Positions 9,996 to 18,685 of a DNA stretch of 64,000 nucleotides are shown here, one piece after another. How positions within the stretch are numbered: the first letter of the stretch is position 1; each line of letters opens with the position of its first letter. The stretch spans positions 7,575 to 71,574 of the forward strand of contig CALWJT010000006.1 in the NCBI GenBank assembly GCA_944381075.1. Direction: 5' to 3'. A model generated the notes under the pieces. That model saw only the letters and a list, made by a program, of their open reading frames with translations. It did not search any database and had not been told where the DNA came from. Source of the stretch: an uncultured Clostridia bacterium. Its GTDB lineage: Bacteria; Bacillota; Clostridia; Oscillospirales; CAG-272. The translations under genes and the position numbers were made by a program.

Positions 9996-10724
9996 TTACA
10001 TGGCGATGCCGCCGTCCACGCGCAGCACCTCGCCCGTTACGTATTTTGCGCCGACAAGATATGCCACCGCATCCGCCACGTCCTCCGGCTCCCCCATTTT
10101 TCCGAGCGGGATCATGGAAAGCAACGGATTTTCTTCATGCGATCCGGTCATATCCGTATGAATGAAGCCGGGTGCCACTGCATTGCAGCGGATCCCCTTT
10201 GCCGCGTATTCCTTTGCGATGGATTTGGTAAGTCCGATAAGTCCCGCCTTAGACGCGGAATAATTGCACTGCCCTGCATTGCCCATCATCCCCGATACGG
10301 AGCTGATATTGACGATGCAGCCCTCGCGTCCGCGTATGAAAAGCGGGAGACAATGGCGGATCATGTTGAATGCGCCCTTCAGATTGACATCCAGCACCCT
10401 GTCGAAATCCTCTTCCTTCATCATCGCCGCAAGTCCGTCTCTCGTGATGCCCGCATTGTTGACAAGAATATGCACCGCGCCGAAATCCGTCTTGATCCGC
10501 GCCACCGTTTCCTTTACGGTCTGAAAATCGGAAACGTCACAGGCATAGGACCGCGCCGTGACATGGAATTCGTCCTCGCATCTGCGGCAGACCGTCTCCG
10601 CCGCCGCGGCATTTCCCGCGTAGATCACAGCGATGTTCGCGCCGAGCTCAGCAAGCCGGCAGGCGGTCGCCGCGCCGATCCCACGGGAGGCGCCGGTTAT
10701 CACCGCTACCTTATCCTTTAACAT
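9996..10724 (-). CDS. fabG: 3-oxoacyl-ACP reductase
   Basis: SDR with MLKDKVAVITGASRGIG and YSASKAG. The start was trimmed to the ATG at 10724. Confidence 0.9.
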   Translation of the reverse strand: MLKDKVAVITGASRGIGAATACRLAELGANIAVIYAGNAAAAETVCRRCEDEFHVTARSYACDVSDFQTVKETVARIKTDFGAVHILVNNAGITRDGLAAMMKEEDFDRVLDVNLKGAFNMIRHCLPLFIRGREGCIVNISSVSGMMGNAGQCNYSASKAGLIGLTKSIAKEYAAKGIRCNAVAPGFIHTDMTGSHEENPLLSMIPLGKMGEPEDVADAVAYLVGAKYVTGEVLRVDGGIAM

Positions 10725-11626
10725 TTCGCCACCTCCGAAAGCAGGACGGGCAGCTCGCATACCGCATATACCCGCGCCTGCGCGTCGATCTTCTTCATCA
10801 TATTGGCAAGCGTTTTCCCGGGGCCCACCTCAACAAACGTGTCGATGCCGGACGCCGTCATATGCCGAATCGTCTCCTCCCAGCGCACAGGACTGCAGAT
10901 CTGCTCCGCCAGAAGCCGGGCCGCATCTTTCCCATAAGGCTCCGCTGTCTTATTGGAATAAAGGACGACCTCCCCCTTTTGGAAAGAGATCCCCGAAAGT
11001 GCCTCGGCAAAGGCGGCGGATGCCTCCTGCATAAAGGGAGAATGGAAGCCTCCCGAAACCTTGAGCGGAATGGCTCTGCCTCCCGCGCCCTTCACATCCG
11101 CAGCGAACGCTTCCATTTCCGAGCGCAGTCCCGCGACTGAAACCTGCCCGGGACAATTATAATTGACGGGATAGACGGCCGAATATTTCGAGCAGAGCTC
11201 CCGTACCTTTTCGTTATCCAGCTTGACGACCGCCGCCATGGAGGTATCTGCCTTTTCCGCTGCCGCCTGCATCAGCTCTGCGCGCCGGCACACAAGCCGG
11301 AATCCGGTCTCCATATCGACCATTCCGGCAAAGGTAAGCGCCGCAAGCTCTCCGAGCGAAAACCCGGCGGCCGCCTGCGGACGGATTCCATGCGCCGAAA
11401 GGACCCTTGCCGCGGCAAGCTCCACGGCAAACAGACACGGCTGAGTGTTGCGGGTCTCCCTTAGCTGCTCCTCCGTGCCGGAAAAGCACATCTTTGCCGT
11501 TCCCGGGCGGATGGCGTCGCATAGATCGAAAATTTCTTTTGCCTCCGGATGGTTTTCGTATAAATCTTTTCCCATGCCGGGATATTGATCGCCCTGTCCG
11601 GAAAATAAAAACGCTATCCGAGCCAT
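10718..11626 (-). CDS. fabD: Malonyl-CoA:ACP transacylase
   Basis: 302 aa with FLFSGQGDQYPGMG and the GFSLGE active site. Confidence 0.9.
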   Translation of the reverse strand: MARIAFLFSGQGDQYPGMGKDLYENHPEAKEIFDLCDAIRPGTAKMCFSGTEEQLRETRNTQPCLFAVELAAARVLSAHGIRPQAAAGFSLGELAALTFAGMVDMETGFRLVCRRAELMQAAAEKADTSMAAVVKLDNEKVRELCSKYSAVYPVNYNCPGQVSVAGLRSEMEAFAADVKGAGGRAIPLKVSGGFHSPFMQEASAAFAEALSGISFQKGEVVLYSNKTAEPYGKDAARLLAEQICSPVRWEETIRHMTASGIDTFVEVGPGKTLANMMKKIDAQARVYAVCELPVLLSEVAKC

Positions 11627-12558
11627 GAGTCCGCCCTCCGAAGGACCGCTTCCGCCTCATCCATGACCTCTTTGACAATCTGGGCCGCCGGCTGTTCCTT
11701 TTTCACCATCGCCGCGATCTGACCGGATAAAAAGCATCCCTTCTCGATATCGCCCTCCTGGACCGCGATCCGGAAAGCCCCCGTCGCCAGCGCCTCCAGC
11801 TCGTCGTCCGGCATGCCGCCGTACTCCGCCTTGGCGTAATTCTGAGAAAACCGGGTCCGCAGGCTGCGTACGGGATGGCCGAGCCGCTTGCCGGTCACCA
11901 TCGTGCAAAGATCGGTCGCCTTCAGGATCTTTTCCTTATAGGTAGGATGGATGGTACATTCCTCGGCAGAAAGGAAGCGCGTCCCCATCTGGATGCCCAC
12001 CGCGCCGAGCATGAACGCCGCAGCAGCGCCGCGTCCGTCTGCGATGCCGCCGGCTGCGATCACCGGAAGCTCCGTCGCGTCGCAGACCTGCGGGACAAGC
12101 ACGATCGTCGTAAGCTCACCGACATGACCGCCGCTTTCCCCGCCCTCCGCAATCAGCGCGGTGGCGCCGAGACGGGTCATCAGCTTGGCAAGGGCAACGG
12201 AGGCCACCACAGGGATCACCTTGATCCCCGCCGCCTTCCAGTCCTTCATATATTTGGAAGGATTGCCCGCTCCCGTCGTCACGACCGGAACGCCCTCCTC
12301 GACAACGACTGCCGCGACCTCATCGGCATGCGGACTCATGAGCATGATATTGACGCCGAACGGCTTTTTCGTCAGGGATTTGACGATCCGGACCTGTTCG
12401 CGCACATAAGAGGCCGGCGCGTTCCCCGCGCCGATGATGCCAAGTCCGCCTCCCTCGGAAACCGCCGCCGCAAGCTTTCCGTCGGCGATCCACGCCATGC
12501 CGCCTTGAAATACCGGATACTGGATCCCGAGTATTTCGCAAATTTTGGATTTTATCAT
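11614..12558 (-). CDS. fabK: Enoyl-ACP reductase II (FMN, nitronate monooxygenase family)
   Basis: 314 aa with YPVFQGGMAWIA. Its position in the fab cluster supports the call. Confidence 0.85.
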   Translation of the reverse strand: MIKSKICEILGIQYPVFQGGMAWIADGKLAAAVSEGGGLGIIGAGNAPASYVREQVRIVKSLTKKPFGVNIMLMSPHADEVAAVVVEEGVPVVTTGAGNPSKYMKDWKAAGIKVIPVVASVALAKLMTRLGATALIAEGGESGGHVGELTTIVLVPQVCDATELPVIAAGGIADGRGAAAAFMLGAVGIQMGTRFLSAEECTIHPTYKEKILKATDLCTMVTGKRLGHPVRSLRTRFSQNYAKAEYGGMPDDELEALATGAFRIAVQEGDIEKGCFLSGQIAAMVKKEQPAAQIVKEVMDEAEAVLRRADSWLG

Positions 12559-12561
12559 AGC

Positions 12562-12798
12562 TTACTCCTGCGTCTTGCCCTGTGTTTTGCTTTGAATGAA
12601 TTTATCCAGATCCGCAACCGTCTCGACCTTCTGGTCAAGCTCGATTTCAACGCCGATTTCATCCTCAAGGCTCATCAGAAGCTCCACGGTATCCAGAGAG
12701 TCGATCCCAAGCTCTGCAAAGGTGCTTTCCGGCTTGATGGTCGAAATGTCACAATCGGTTCTTTCTGCAATAACTTTTGCAATCGCGTCAAAATACAT
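12562..12798 (-). CDS. acpP: Acyl carrier protein
   Basis: 78 aa with the LGIDSLDTVEL phosphopantetheine site. GGAGG lies 9 nt upstream of the ATG at 12798, so the longer ORF to 12921 was rejected. Confidence 0.9.
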   Translation of the reverse strand: MYFDAIAKVIAERTDCDISTIKPESTFAELGIDSLDTVELLMSLEDEIGVEIELDQKVETVADLDKFIQSKTQGKTQE

Positions 12799-12865
12799 GG
12801 TAAAAATACCTCCAAAATTTTTCGAACAATTTGATCTGTGATATAGGTATTGTCCGTCGTCCTCT

Positions 12866-12874
12866 ATTATACCA
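12866..12874 (-). promoter_or_regulatory. Extended -10 element (TGGTATAAT) of the fab operon promoter
   Basis: Read on the minus strand about 68 nt upstream of the acpP ATG. No good -35 was found. Confidence 0.35.
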
Positions 12875-13254
12875 AATCCCAGTTCCCGTTCGGTTCCATA
12901 AGAGTTCCTTCTCCGTTCCAAATTTCATTTAAACTGTGAATTTTTTGTAAATTCTGAATTTGCTGGTGAAAATTGGCGGCTAAGATGTTTCCATTTTCCC
13001 CATTTTGATTATTTTTCAATCATGTCGGCTTTTGCTATCCCTTCGGCACGATATTCCTGTACGAACGATGCCTCCCCGCAGCCAACAGCCCCTCTGTCAT
13101 GGCGGACGGTCCCGAATATGCAGCGATTCTGCTTTTTTCCTGCAAGGATCTATCCGACTGCCGTCCCTTTGCTTTCCTTTCAAAACATTCGCCTGAAAAC
13201 GCCGTCTCTCGGACTCGCCGCTTTCCTTTTTTTCCGGCGCCCTAAAAAGGAAAA

Positions 13255-13283
13255 AGCCGCATGGAGGACCTCTCATGCAGCCT
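13255..13283 (-). terminator. Candidate intrinsic terminator after the MFS gene
   Basis: Imperfect stem GCTGCATG...CATGCGGC followed by TTTTT on the minus strand. Confidence 0.4.
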
Positions 13284-13290
13284 TTTATTT

Positions 13291-14535
13291 TTATCTGTCA
13301 CAGACGGAGGAATGTTTTTTCCTCACCGTTCTTGTTAGAATCAGGACCGCCGCGACGCCGGCAAGCGGAAACAGAGAAGCCGCCAGCATACCGAGCTTCA
13401 GTCCGATCTGTTCCGCAGACAAGCTCTCCGATAAAGATGCGAAAAACGCGCTTTGTGAAACGGCATCCGTGATCCCGCCGACAAGCTGCGGCGCGATCGA
13501 TCCCCCAAGATCGCCGCCCGCCGCAAGCAGCGCATATACGGCGACGCTCGCCTTCGGAATGGACTGCGCCGTATAAATCAAAGTCCCCGGCCACAGCATG
13601 GATACGCAGAGCCCGGTGAGTGCACAGGCGGCAAGTCCCACGACGGCATTCTGGGAAAGCGCGGCGGTAACATAGCAAAGAAAAGCGCCGGCAAATCCAA
13701 GCAATAAAAATCTTGAAATATTTTTGCCGAATTTTGCATAAAGCGTTCTGCCAAGTCCCAGCATGACAGCAAAAACGGCGACGCCGAATACATCTCCCCA
13801 AAGCTTCGGGAGCTTCAGTGCCGCTTCAAGATAGCCGGAGCACCATTGTGACATGGTATTCTCAGAGGCTCCTCCTAAAAAGATACAGAGCACACAGAGC
13901 AGCAGCACAGGATTCCGAAGCGAGCTGCCGGCGCTTGAGGCTTTTGCCATCTCGAGGGCAGGAAGCTCCGAGCACGAAAAAAGGATAAACGCGGAAAGCG
14001 GCAGCACCGCCCAAAGCATCGCAAGAAAATACCACGCTTCCCTGCCGAATATCTGAAGATACAGCGTACTGACAAGAACCACTCCCGCAACGCCCCAGGC
14101 ATATACGGAATGGGCACGGCTCATGTCCCGCTCCGGATTGTCGGACGGCAGCGCCGCGATGACAGGACTTATCAAGACTTCAGCAAGTCCGGCAGACGCT
14201 GAAAAAATCACAGTCCCAAGCACAAGAAACCAATAGGCTTTCTCGGCAAACAGCGCCGGCAAAATGGAATACACAAGAAGCCCGACGACAGTCAGGACCG
14301 GCATAACGCGCACGGTTTTCTGGATCGGAAACCGGTGGGAAAAGAAAGAAAAAACAAGGTCCACACAAAGCTGCGTACAAAAATTGATCAAAACCAAAAG
14401 TCCGAGCAGCGTATAGGAGATCCCATAGAGCTGATGGAAGGTGATGAACAGAAGCGGCGACAAATTCGCCACCGCCGCCATGGAAACGTTGGACATATAG
14501 CAGGCATATCGAACGACTGAGGGACGAGTACACAT
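13291..14535 (-). CDS. MFS transporter
   Basis: 414 aa, highly hydrophobic with about 12 predicted helices. The exact start is uncertain. Confidence 0.7.
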   Translation of the reverse strand: MCTRPSVVRYACYMSNVSMAAVANLSPLLFITFHQLYGISYTLLGLLVLINFCTQLCVDLVFSFFSHRFPIQKTVRVMPVLTVVGLLVYSILPALFAEKAYWFLVLGTVIFSASAGLAEVLISPVIAALPSDNPERDMSRAHSVYAWGVAGVVLVSTLYLQIFGREAWYFLAMLWAVLPLSAFILFSCSELPALEMAKASSAGSSLRNPVLLLCVLCIFLGGASENTMSQWCSGYLEAALKLPKLWGDVFGVAVFAVMLGLGRTLYAKFGKNISRFLLLGFAGAFLCYVTAALSQNAVVGLAACALTGLCVSMLWPGTLIYTAQSIPKASVAVYALLAAGGDLGGSIAPQLVGGITDAVSQSAFFASLSESLSAEQIGLKLGMLAASLFPLAGVAAVLILTRTVRKKHSSVCDR

Positions 14536-14742
14536 AGACGAACCGATCCTTTTTTGATTTTCCGCCGTATTTTCCGCGGACGCCCGGCAAAGGCGCCGTA
14601 TAAAATTTCGGCATATGTTTCAGTATAGCACAGCAGAAGGAACAACGCAACAGAAAAATCGGCGGACCGCAAGACTTTGTCTGCACAAGCCTTAGAAGAG
14701 AAAAAACAAAAATTTTTTAAAGGAAGGATTGCGGCAGATAAG

Positions 14743-15018
14743 CTATCTTCGTCTCTTTGTTCTCTTTTTGCTTTTGCACCGCGAACGGCAAAAAAGCAGA
14801 TTCTTCAAGCAGGACTTCAAACGCGCCGCCTCAGGATATGGCAGATACCGGCTTCCAAGCTGGGCGCGGAACAGCCGGTTCATATTCCGTTTATGCCGGA
14901 AGCTGAAGCTTTCCGGCATTTCGGCAAACGAATTCCATCTTTCCATTTCCCTGTCCTGTGCATTTGTCAGCGCTTCCTTTAAAACTTTTTCAAAGTCCTT
15001 CTCTTTTTTTTCCTGCAT
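14743..15018 (-). CDS. Hypothetical small protein, possibly a gene remnant
   Basis: 91-aa ORF with a weak RBS. The arginine/lysine-rich C-terminus looks non-genuine. It is the first ORF that the invertible promoter would face after inversion. Confidence 0.2.
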   Translation of the reverse strand: MQEKKEKDFEKVLKEALTNAQDREMERWNSFAEMPESFSFRHKRNMNRLFRAQLGSRYLPYPEAARLKSCLKNLLFCRSRCKSKKRTKRRR

Positions 15019-15058
15019 TTTAACGTTCTTCCCGGCAGATTTTTTTCACCGGTGTTCT

Positions 15059-15077
15059 CCTATTAACATAATAGATG
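15059..15077. repeat. Left inverted repeat of the candidate inverton
   Basis: 19/19 complementary to 15205-15223. Confidence 0.9.
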
Positions 15078-15158
15078 AACATATCCGCAAAAAATCTGTT
15101 CAGAAAAGAAGAATGCGGAGGGAATCAAATTGTTCTTTTCCCAATATTCTTGCCTAAC

Positions 15159-15187
15159 TTTACAAAATATGTAATCTGTGTTAGAAT
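15159..15187 (+). promoter_or_regulatory. Sigma-A type promoter inside the inverton core
   Basis: TTTACA, a 17-bp spacer ending in the TGt extended element, then TAGAAT. Confidence 0.55.
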
Positions 15188-15204
15188 ATGTATTGTAAAA
15201 CTTC

Positions 15205-15223
15205 CATCTATTATGTTAATAGG
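15205..15223. repeat. Right inverted repeat of the candidate inverton
   Basis: 19/19 complementary to 15059-15077. It ends 12 nt before the recombinase stop codon. Confidence 0.9.
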
Positions 15224-15235
15224 CACCATATTCCG

Positions 15236-16165
15236 TCAAAAAAGCTCGCCAATCCTGTCCATCATTTCTTTTTTATGCTCCATGAGCGAATGGACATATC
15301 GATTCAGCGTAATGGCAGGCGACTTATGCCCAAGGATCTCGGAAAGCGTCTTTGCATCCATCCCGCATTCTATGGCACGGGTAGCAAAGGTATGGCGCAG
15401 GGTATGGAATTTCCTTTTCGGAATTCCAAGCTTTTTCAAAAGCAGCTCAAAGCTCCGCTGATAGGAGCGGACAGAAACCGTTCCGCCCGCGTCTGAAATG
15501 ACATAGGAGGAAACACGGCTTTCCCGCATGTCCCGCAAAACCGGAAGGATCGAGCCCGGCAGCGGGATCACACGCCTTGAGCTTGCGGTCTTCGGCGTAT
15601 CTATGATGCGGCAGAATACGCCCTTCTCATCCCTTCCGTCATAGCAGGACTTTTCCACAAAAAGCTCTGCCCTGTCAAAATCGATGTCATCCCATTCCAG
15701 CGCCAGCAGCTCTCCAATGCGAAGACCGGTATATAAACATAACACTATGCCCTTCATCTTGTCCCTTTTGTCTGTCATTGCCGCGCGCTCGAGTATTTTC
15801 TGTTCAGCGACCGAAAAGCAGGAAACCTGTCTTTCGGCGGACTTCGGCCTTTTGACTTTATTCATCGTATAGTCCGCCGTCAGTCCCAGCTCATACGCCG
15901 CCTTAAGCGAGCTTCGTATCACGGAGAGGATCCCATCCACCGAATTTGCCGACAAGCCCTTCCCCGTCTTTAAATTACCGCTACGCAAAAGCTCCGTCAT
16001 ATAATGCTGGATCCGCAAAGGAGAAAGCGCCTCCATCTCATATTCTCCGAGCTGTGGGATCAAGCGCCGGCAGATAATCTCCTCATATCGGCAAAAAGTT
16101 CTATTTTTTGAGGAAGGCTTGATATAAATATCAAGCCATTCTCTCAGCCATTCTTGATATTGCAT
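15236..16165 (-). CDS. Tyrosine site-specific recombinase (phage-integrase/Xer family)
   Basis: 309 aa with an N-terminal SAM-like domain. Catalytic signature present: GLRIGE (Arg), HTLRHTF (HxxR), LGH, NRYVH (Tyr). Confidence 0.9.
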   Translation of the reverse strand: MQYQEWLREWLDIYIKPSSKNRTFCRYEEIICRRLIPQLGEYEMEALSPLRIQHYMTELLRSGNLKTGKGLSANSVDGILSVIRSSLKAAYELGLTADYTMNKVKRPKSAERQVSCFSVAEQKILERAAMTDKRDKMKGIVLCLYTGLRIGELLALEWDDIDFDRAELFVEKSCYDGRDEKGVFCRIIDTPKTASSRRVIPLPGSILPVLRDMRESRVSSYVISDAGGTVSVRSYQRSFELLLKKLGIPKRKFHTLRHTFATRAIECGMDAKTLSEILGHKSPAITLNRYVHSLMEHKKEMMDRIGELF

Positions 16166-16187
16166 ATGGAGCCTCCTTTCTTTCTAT

Positions 16188-16217
16188 ATTTTATCCATGA
16201 AAAAAAGCAGAATTCAA
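16188..16217 (-). promoter_or_regulatory. Candidate promoter of the recombinase gene
   Basis: TTGAAT, 18 bp, TAAAAT on the minus strand. AAAGGAGG RBS lies before the ATG at 16165. Confidence 0.4.
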
Positions 16218-16303
16218 AGCCGTTTATTTTTCAGAAAGAAAAAGAGACCGATTGAAGCATCCCGCATTCAGACAAAAAAAGGCAATCCGCACAAAGCGGA
16301 AAA

Positions 16304-16327
16304 GGCGCTGTGATTTTTCACAGCGCC
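16304..16327. terminator. Bidirectional hairpin terminator
   Basis: GGCGCTGTGA / TCACAGCGCC stem with a TTTT loop, flanked by A- and T-runs. Confidence 0.55.
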
Positions 16328-16361
16328 TTTTCCGTCCTTGGAAGAAAATATCTGCCCCTAC

Positions 16362-16399
16362 AAAAAGCACCGGCTTCGTTTTGATAAACGAAGCCGGTG
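16362..16399 (-). terminator. Intrinsic terminator of the M6 protease gene
   Basis: 12-bp stem CACCGGCTTCGT / ACGAAGCCGGTG followed by CTTTTT on the minus strand. Confidence 0.65.
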
Positions 16400-16439
16400 A
16401 CAGCAGAGAGGTTACTGCAAAGACTTCAGCAGCTGACGG

Positions 16440-18617
16440 TCATTGCTCCACCCACTTCGCGTAGAGCGAGAAATCCTCTGTGCCGCTTTCAATCACAGTA
16501 TTCATATCAAACGGTTCGGTAAGTGCCTCGTCGTAATACCAGCCCTCCAGCGTATAGCCGGGCTTCTTATTGCTGATGCTCTTCAGCCAGCCCGACGGGA
16601 TGGAAAGCGTTTCGCCAAAGTCCACACGGATCCCATAGCCGCTCGCACCCGTATCGGAATACAGCGTGACGGTCGCATATTCCTTCGGCTTCGGCATAGA
16701 GGATGTCGGCGTATTGCCGGTAGCCTCCGCATAGCCGTTGTCACTGTTGACAAACACCTTATAATAGTATCGCGTTTCCGGCGTCAATCCGTCGAAGGTC
16801 GCGGTAAAGGTATTGTTCTCGCCAAGCTCCGGCACTTTGATGACAACATTCTCCTGAAAATCCGGATCGGTCGCCAGCATAATTCCATATTCGGAAATGA
16901 CGGACTCGTTTACAGCGTCGACCGTTCCTTTTACCGTAATCGAATCGTAGGACTTTTCCGAGTACTCAGCAGACAGAATCGGCGCATAATCCTTGGTTCC
17001 GGTTGTGATTTTAATGGTCATCTCCTGTCCGGGCTCGCTCAAAACCTCGATTTTCAGGTTAAAATTCTGCTTGCCTTCCCACGAAGCAGGATAGGAGTTC
17101 AGCGACTGGGTTCCGTTGGTCACAGAACGGAAATCGCCGGAATTGAAAATCGCGGTAGAAATGTCGTCGCTCAGATAATAGAACGGGTCCATCGGATTGG
17201 TATTTGTCATAAGCTGTCCCGTCTTGTCATAGGCGCCGCGGAACAGCGGAACGATTCCGGGATCATGGCGCTTACCGGTCGAAGCGTCCGCATAGGAGGA
17301 CGATGCCATGCCGGAGGCAAAATATTTCCGGTTAATCTCCTCGTCGATGTGCCACACCATGATACCGCCCTTGGAGTCGCCGTCCGTCAGATTCTTTTCA
17401 AAGCCCTCCTTCAGGCGGATCTCGATGAGATAGTATTCGTCAGGGTCCGGCGTATTGACGCGAAGGACCGTATATTTATCGGTGCATGTAGAGTAGATGG
17501 TGTAAACGCCGTCCTCCACCACATGCTCCTCCGCCCAGCCGAGATAGATTCTCTGGTACGGGTCGAGATAGGACGGCATGGTCCCATAGCCGCAGTTGTT
17601 GCCGTTGCACTGAAGCGAGAAATAGTAGGCTCTCGGCCAGCCGGAAATCGTACCGCCGGTCGCGTTGACATTACGATCATAGAGGTCCTCCGCACCAAGA
17701 TTGTGCGCAAGCTCATGGACCGGAACGCCGATAGGCAGAATGTTGCCGACCGTCTTGTATTCTCCGACGTTCGAGACCTTGGAGAACGAAACGCCGTCGA
17801 GATAAGCGTTCAGGCTCTGAGAGGTTCCCCAAACCTCGAAATAGAATCGGGGAGCACCTGAATTGCCGCCTGATTTACCGCTGCTGCTGGAAGCGTCAGC
17901 GCCCGGATTCAGAATAATGACGCCAAGCTCCATCTCGTCGATCTTGCCGTTTCCATTCTTATCGAGCTTTGAAAAATCAATGTAAGGATCGCAGGCGCTG
18001 AAAATCTTTGTGATCGTTCCCTGCGCGTCGCCGGACGCCGAAGGATGCGGAATATCCACAACGACCTCGATCATGCCGTTCGGGACCGGAGAATTTTCCG
18101 GCATCACATCGAACTCAATCGGCACAAAATGAAACGCGCCCATCGAAAGCTCGTCATAATAATTGGTCAGCGAAGCGCCGTCGCCGAAATAAAGCTCATA
18201 ATGCTCGAGCAAATCGGTGCCCGCCCACTGTTCGCCGTAATAGTCCTTTGTTTTATCACTATAAAGCTTGTCGGGATCGTTCTCATCCCAATCGTTGACG
18301 CCATTCCCGTTGGCATCGAAGTTCGCAAGAATAATGAGAAGCGGGATCTCCGTCGTTTCCGTGACGGGAGACGCCTCGATCTTGATGGCATTTTCGATTT
18401 CGTCAAGCGGAAGCTCCGTTTGCCCCGTCGTGGTCTCACCCGGCGTCGGAAGCGAAGACGTCGTCCCGTCCGTGGTCGTCTCGCCCGGAGTTGTCTCACC
18501 CGAGGTCGTTCCTGTGGAAGAGCTGTCAGTTGGCTGCGTATTGCCGCAGGCGCCTACCGCAATCAGCATCACGGCGCAAAGCAGAGCGGCAAACAAGCGT
18601 TTCAGATTCGTACCCAT
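16440..18617 (-). CDS. Secreted lipoprotein, M6 (InhA-like) zinc metalloprotease with Fn3-like and Listeria-Bacteroides repeat C-terminal domains
   Basis: Lipobox LIAVGACGN followed by a T/S/G/E-rich linker. Zinc motif HELAHNLGAEDLYD. C-terminal GYTLEGWYYDEALTEPFD repeat. The start was trimmed to the ATG at 18617, which has an AAAGGTGA RBS. Confidence 0.7.
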   Translation of the reverse strand: MGTNLKRLFAALLCAVMLIAVGACGNTQPTDSSSTGTTSGETTPGETTTDGTTSSLPTPGETTTGQTELPLDEIENAIKIEASPVTETTEIPLLIILANFDANGNGVNDWDENDPDKLYSDKTKDYYGEQWAGTDLLEHYELYFGDGASLTNYYDELSMGAFHFVPIEFDVMPENSPVPNGMIEVVVDIPHPSASGDAQGTITKIFSACDPYIDFSKLDKNGNGKIDEMELGVIILNPGADASSSSGKSGGNSGAPRFYFEVWGTSQSLNAYLDGVSFSKVSNVGEYKTVGNILPIGVPVHELAHNLGAEDLYDRNVNATGGTISGWPRAYYFSLQCNGNNCGYGTMPSYLDPYQRIYLGWAEEHVVEDGVYTIYSTCTDKYTVLRVNTPDPDEYYLIEIRLKEGFEKNLTDGDSKGGIMVWHIDEEINRKYFASGMASSSYADASTGKRHDPGIVPLFRGAYDKTGQLMTNTNPMDPFYYLSDDISTAIFNSGDFRSVTNGTQSLNSYPASWEGKQNFNLKIEVLSEPGQEMTIKITTGTKDYAPILSAEYSEKSYDSITVKGTVDAVNESVISEYGIMLATDPDFQENVVIKVPELGENNTFTATFDGLTPETRYYYKVFVNSDNGYAEATGNTPTSSMPKPKEYATVTLYSDTGASGYGIRVDFGETLSIPSGWLKSISNKKPGYTLEGWYYDEALTEPFDMNTVIESGTEDFSLYAKWVEQ

Positions 18618-18651
18618 AGATTTCACCTTTCTATTCAAAAAATATGCGCAT

Positions 18652-18680
18652 ATTATAGCATACGGCGCAGATATTGTCAA
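18652..18680 (-). promoter_or_regulatory. Consensus sigma-A promoter of the M6 protease gene
   Basis: TTGACA, 17 bp, TATAAT on the minus strand. Confidence 0.6.
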
Positions 18681-18685
18681 CCAAC

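Larger units (their letters stand above)
15059..15223. promoter_or_regulatory. Candidate invertible promoter element (inverton): 19-bp perfect inverted repeats around a 127-bp core
   Basis: CCTATTAACATAATAGATG (15059-15077) and its exact reverse complement (15205-15223). There is an internal promoter, and the element sits next to a tyrosine recombinase. Confidence 0.6.

Noticed and set aside
12799-12830. The imperfect palindrome CAAAATTTTTCGAACAATTTG next to the acpP RBS as a FapR/FabT operator.
   Set aside because: Only about 14 of 21 positions are self-complementary, it does not match the FabT or FapR boxes I know, and no cognate regulator gene is in the window.
15059-15223. The inverted-repeat element interpreted as a transcription terminator or as a MITE.
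   Set aside because: A 127-nt loop is incompatible with an intrinsic terminator. No target-site duplication flanks the repeats (GTGTTCT on the left, CACCATA on the right) and no second copy is present in the window. The MITE reading is therefore less likely, though not fully excluded without the whole genome.
15236-16165. The recombinase as the integrase of a prophage, ICE or genomic island.
   Set aside because: No phage, conjugation or excisionase genes, no adjacent tRNA and no att-like direct repeats were seen nearby. The neighbours are a transporter and protease genes, each with its own promoter and terminator.
16443-17861. Long antisense ORFs opposite real genes. Examples are 16443-17861 (+), 21448-23148 (-), 23911-25260 (-), 36912-38072 (+), 45132-46412 (+), 50876-52129 (+), 51901-53328 (+), 55559-56869 (+) and 58645-59883 (+).
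   Set aside because: These are Arg/Gly/His-rich, low-complexity translations with no recognisable motifs or RBS. They are typical shadow ORFs of a GC-rich genome, and the opposite strand carries clearly recognisable proteins.
18480-18560. T/S/G/E-rich stretches in the M6 protease and both lipoproteins (PGETTT-like) as tandem-repeat or contingency loci.
   Set aside because: These are low-complexity linkers typical of clostridial lipoproteins. The DNA-level repeats are short and imperfect.
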